64,000 nt of DNA from Vicugna vicugna (taxonomy: Eukaryota). Under the pieces are notes generated by a model. That model ran no database searches and had not been told where the DNA came from. It saw only the letters and a list, made by a program, of their open reading frames with translations. The translations under genes were made by a program, and so were the position numbers. The stretch lies in NCBI GenBank assembly GCA_013265495.1, contig MU058451.1, positions 1,650,167 through 1,714,166 on the forward strand. The letters run 5' to 3'. Position 1 is the first letter of the stretch. The number at the start of each line of letters is the position of its first letter. Positions 63,481 through 64,000 of the stretch are shown one piece after another.

Positions 63481-64000
63481 CTTGTCCTAGTTATTGGTCA
63501 CATACTTGGCGACTTCCCTTGTTGGCTGTTATTAGTGGTGAATATTCCCTTCAAGCCCCATAACCAACCCCAGTTCCCTTTCTTTCTCTTTCTTCTTGGA
63601 GAAAAAGGCAGTGACAATGATTAAGGTAACACTGCGGCTCTGTGTAATGTGTCTTAGAAATGCTCAGCATAAAAATAAAGTCCTAAGTTTCTGGATGGAA
63701 AGGTAAGAGTGTCTGCATTACAGTCCTGTGTACTTACTGCTCCAGCCCACTCCTCCTCACCCCTGATGGGACAGCCATACTGAATGATCAAAGACATTAA
63801 TATTTGCTCATGCTATTCTCTGCATAAAATTACTTCACCCCTCCCCACACCCACCTCTTTTATATGTACTCCCTGAAAAAATTCATCCATGCTTAAGGAG
63901 TCAACTTTGAAGCATTTTCTAATCCTTTCAGATAGAATTGGTAGATTAGTTAGTATTTACTGCTTTATGTATATATAAATAAAGTTCTTTATTCGGTTCC

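Overview
This is a non-coding, repeat-rich stretch of eutherian mammal genome (intronic or intergenic). I recognise no protein-coding exon, functional RNA gene or CpG-island promoter. The only ORFs with recognisable homology are decayed LINE-1 ORF2 pieces; the rest look like chance ORFs. Roughly half the window is transposon remnants: old L2, MIR, MaLR (MLT1), ERVL LTRs, hAT/Tigger/mariner MITEs (MER20, MER2, MER53, MADE2) and L1M, plus younger laurasiatherian-type L1 3' ends and two younger solo ERV LTRs. I saw no Alu, B1/B2, Bov-A/tA, CHR, PRE, ERE or Can-SINE. With the L1 3'UTR type, this suggests a cetartiodactyl, possibly a camelid (inference only). I found no convincing new biological system. 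The best leads are: (1) a 29-nt tailless U6 retrocopy with a 16-bp target-site duplication (~37.05 kb); (2) an identical 19-bp DR4-type nuclear-receptor element present twice, 1.4 kb apart (2.35 and 3.77 kb); (3) a young minus-strand solo LTR with three CCAAT boxes, three TATA boxes and a splice donor at its edge, which could feed a cleanly bounded minus-strand orphan exon at 5022-4781; (4) two strong orphan plus-strand splice acceptors (13.9 and 57.9 kb); (5) homeodomain/MEIS-motif-dense enhancer-like blocks (42.0 and 45.7-45.9 kb); (6) a nested L2 > two-LTR ERVL > MLT1 structure (~59-61.7 kb). Repeat family names are from memory of consensus sequences and boundaries are approximate, so RepeatMasker/Dfam should confirm them.
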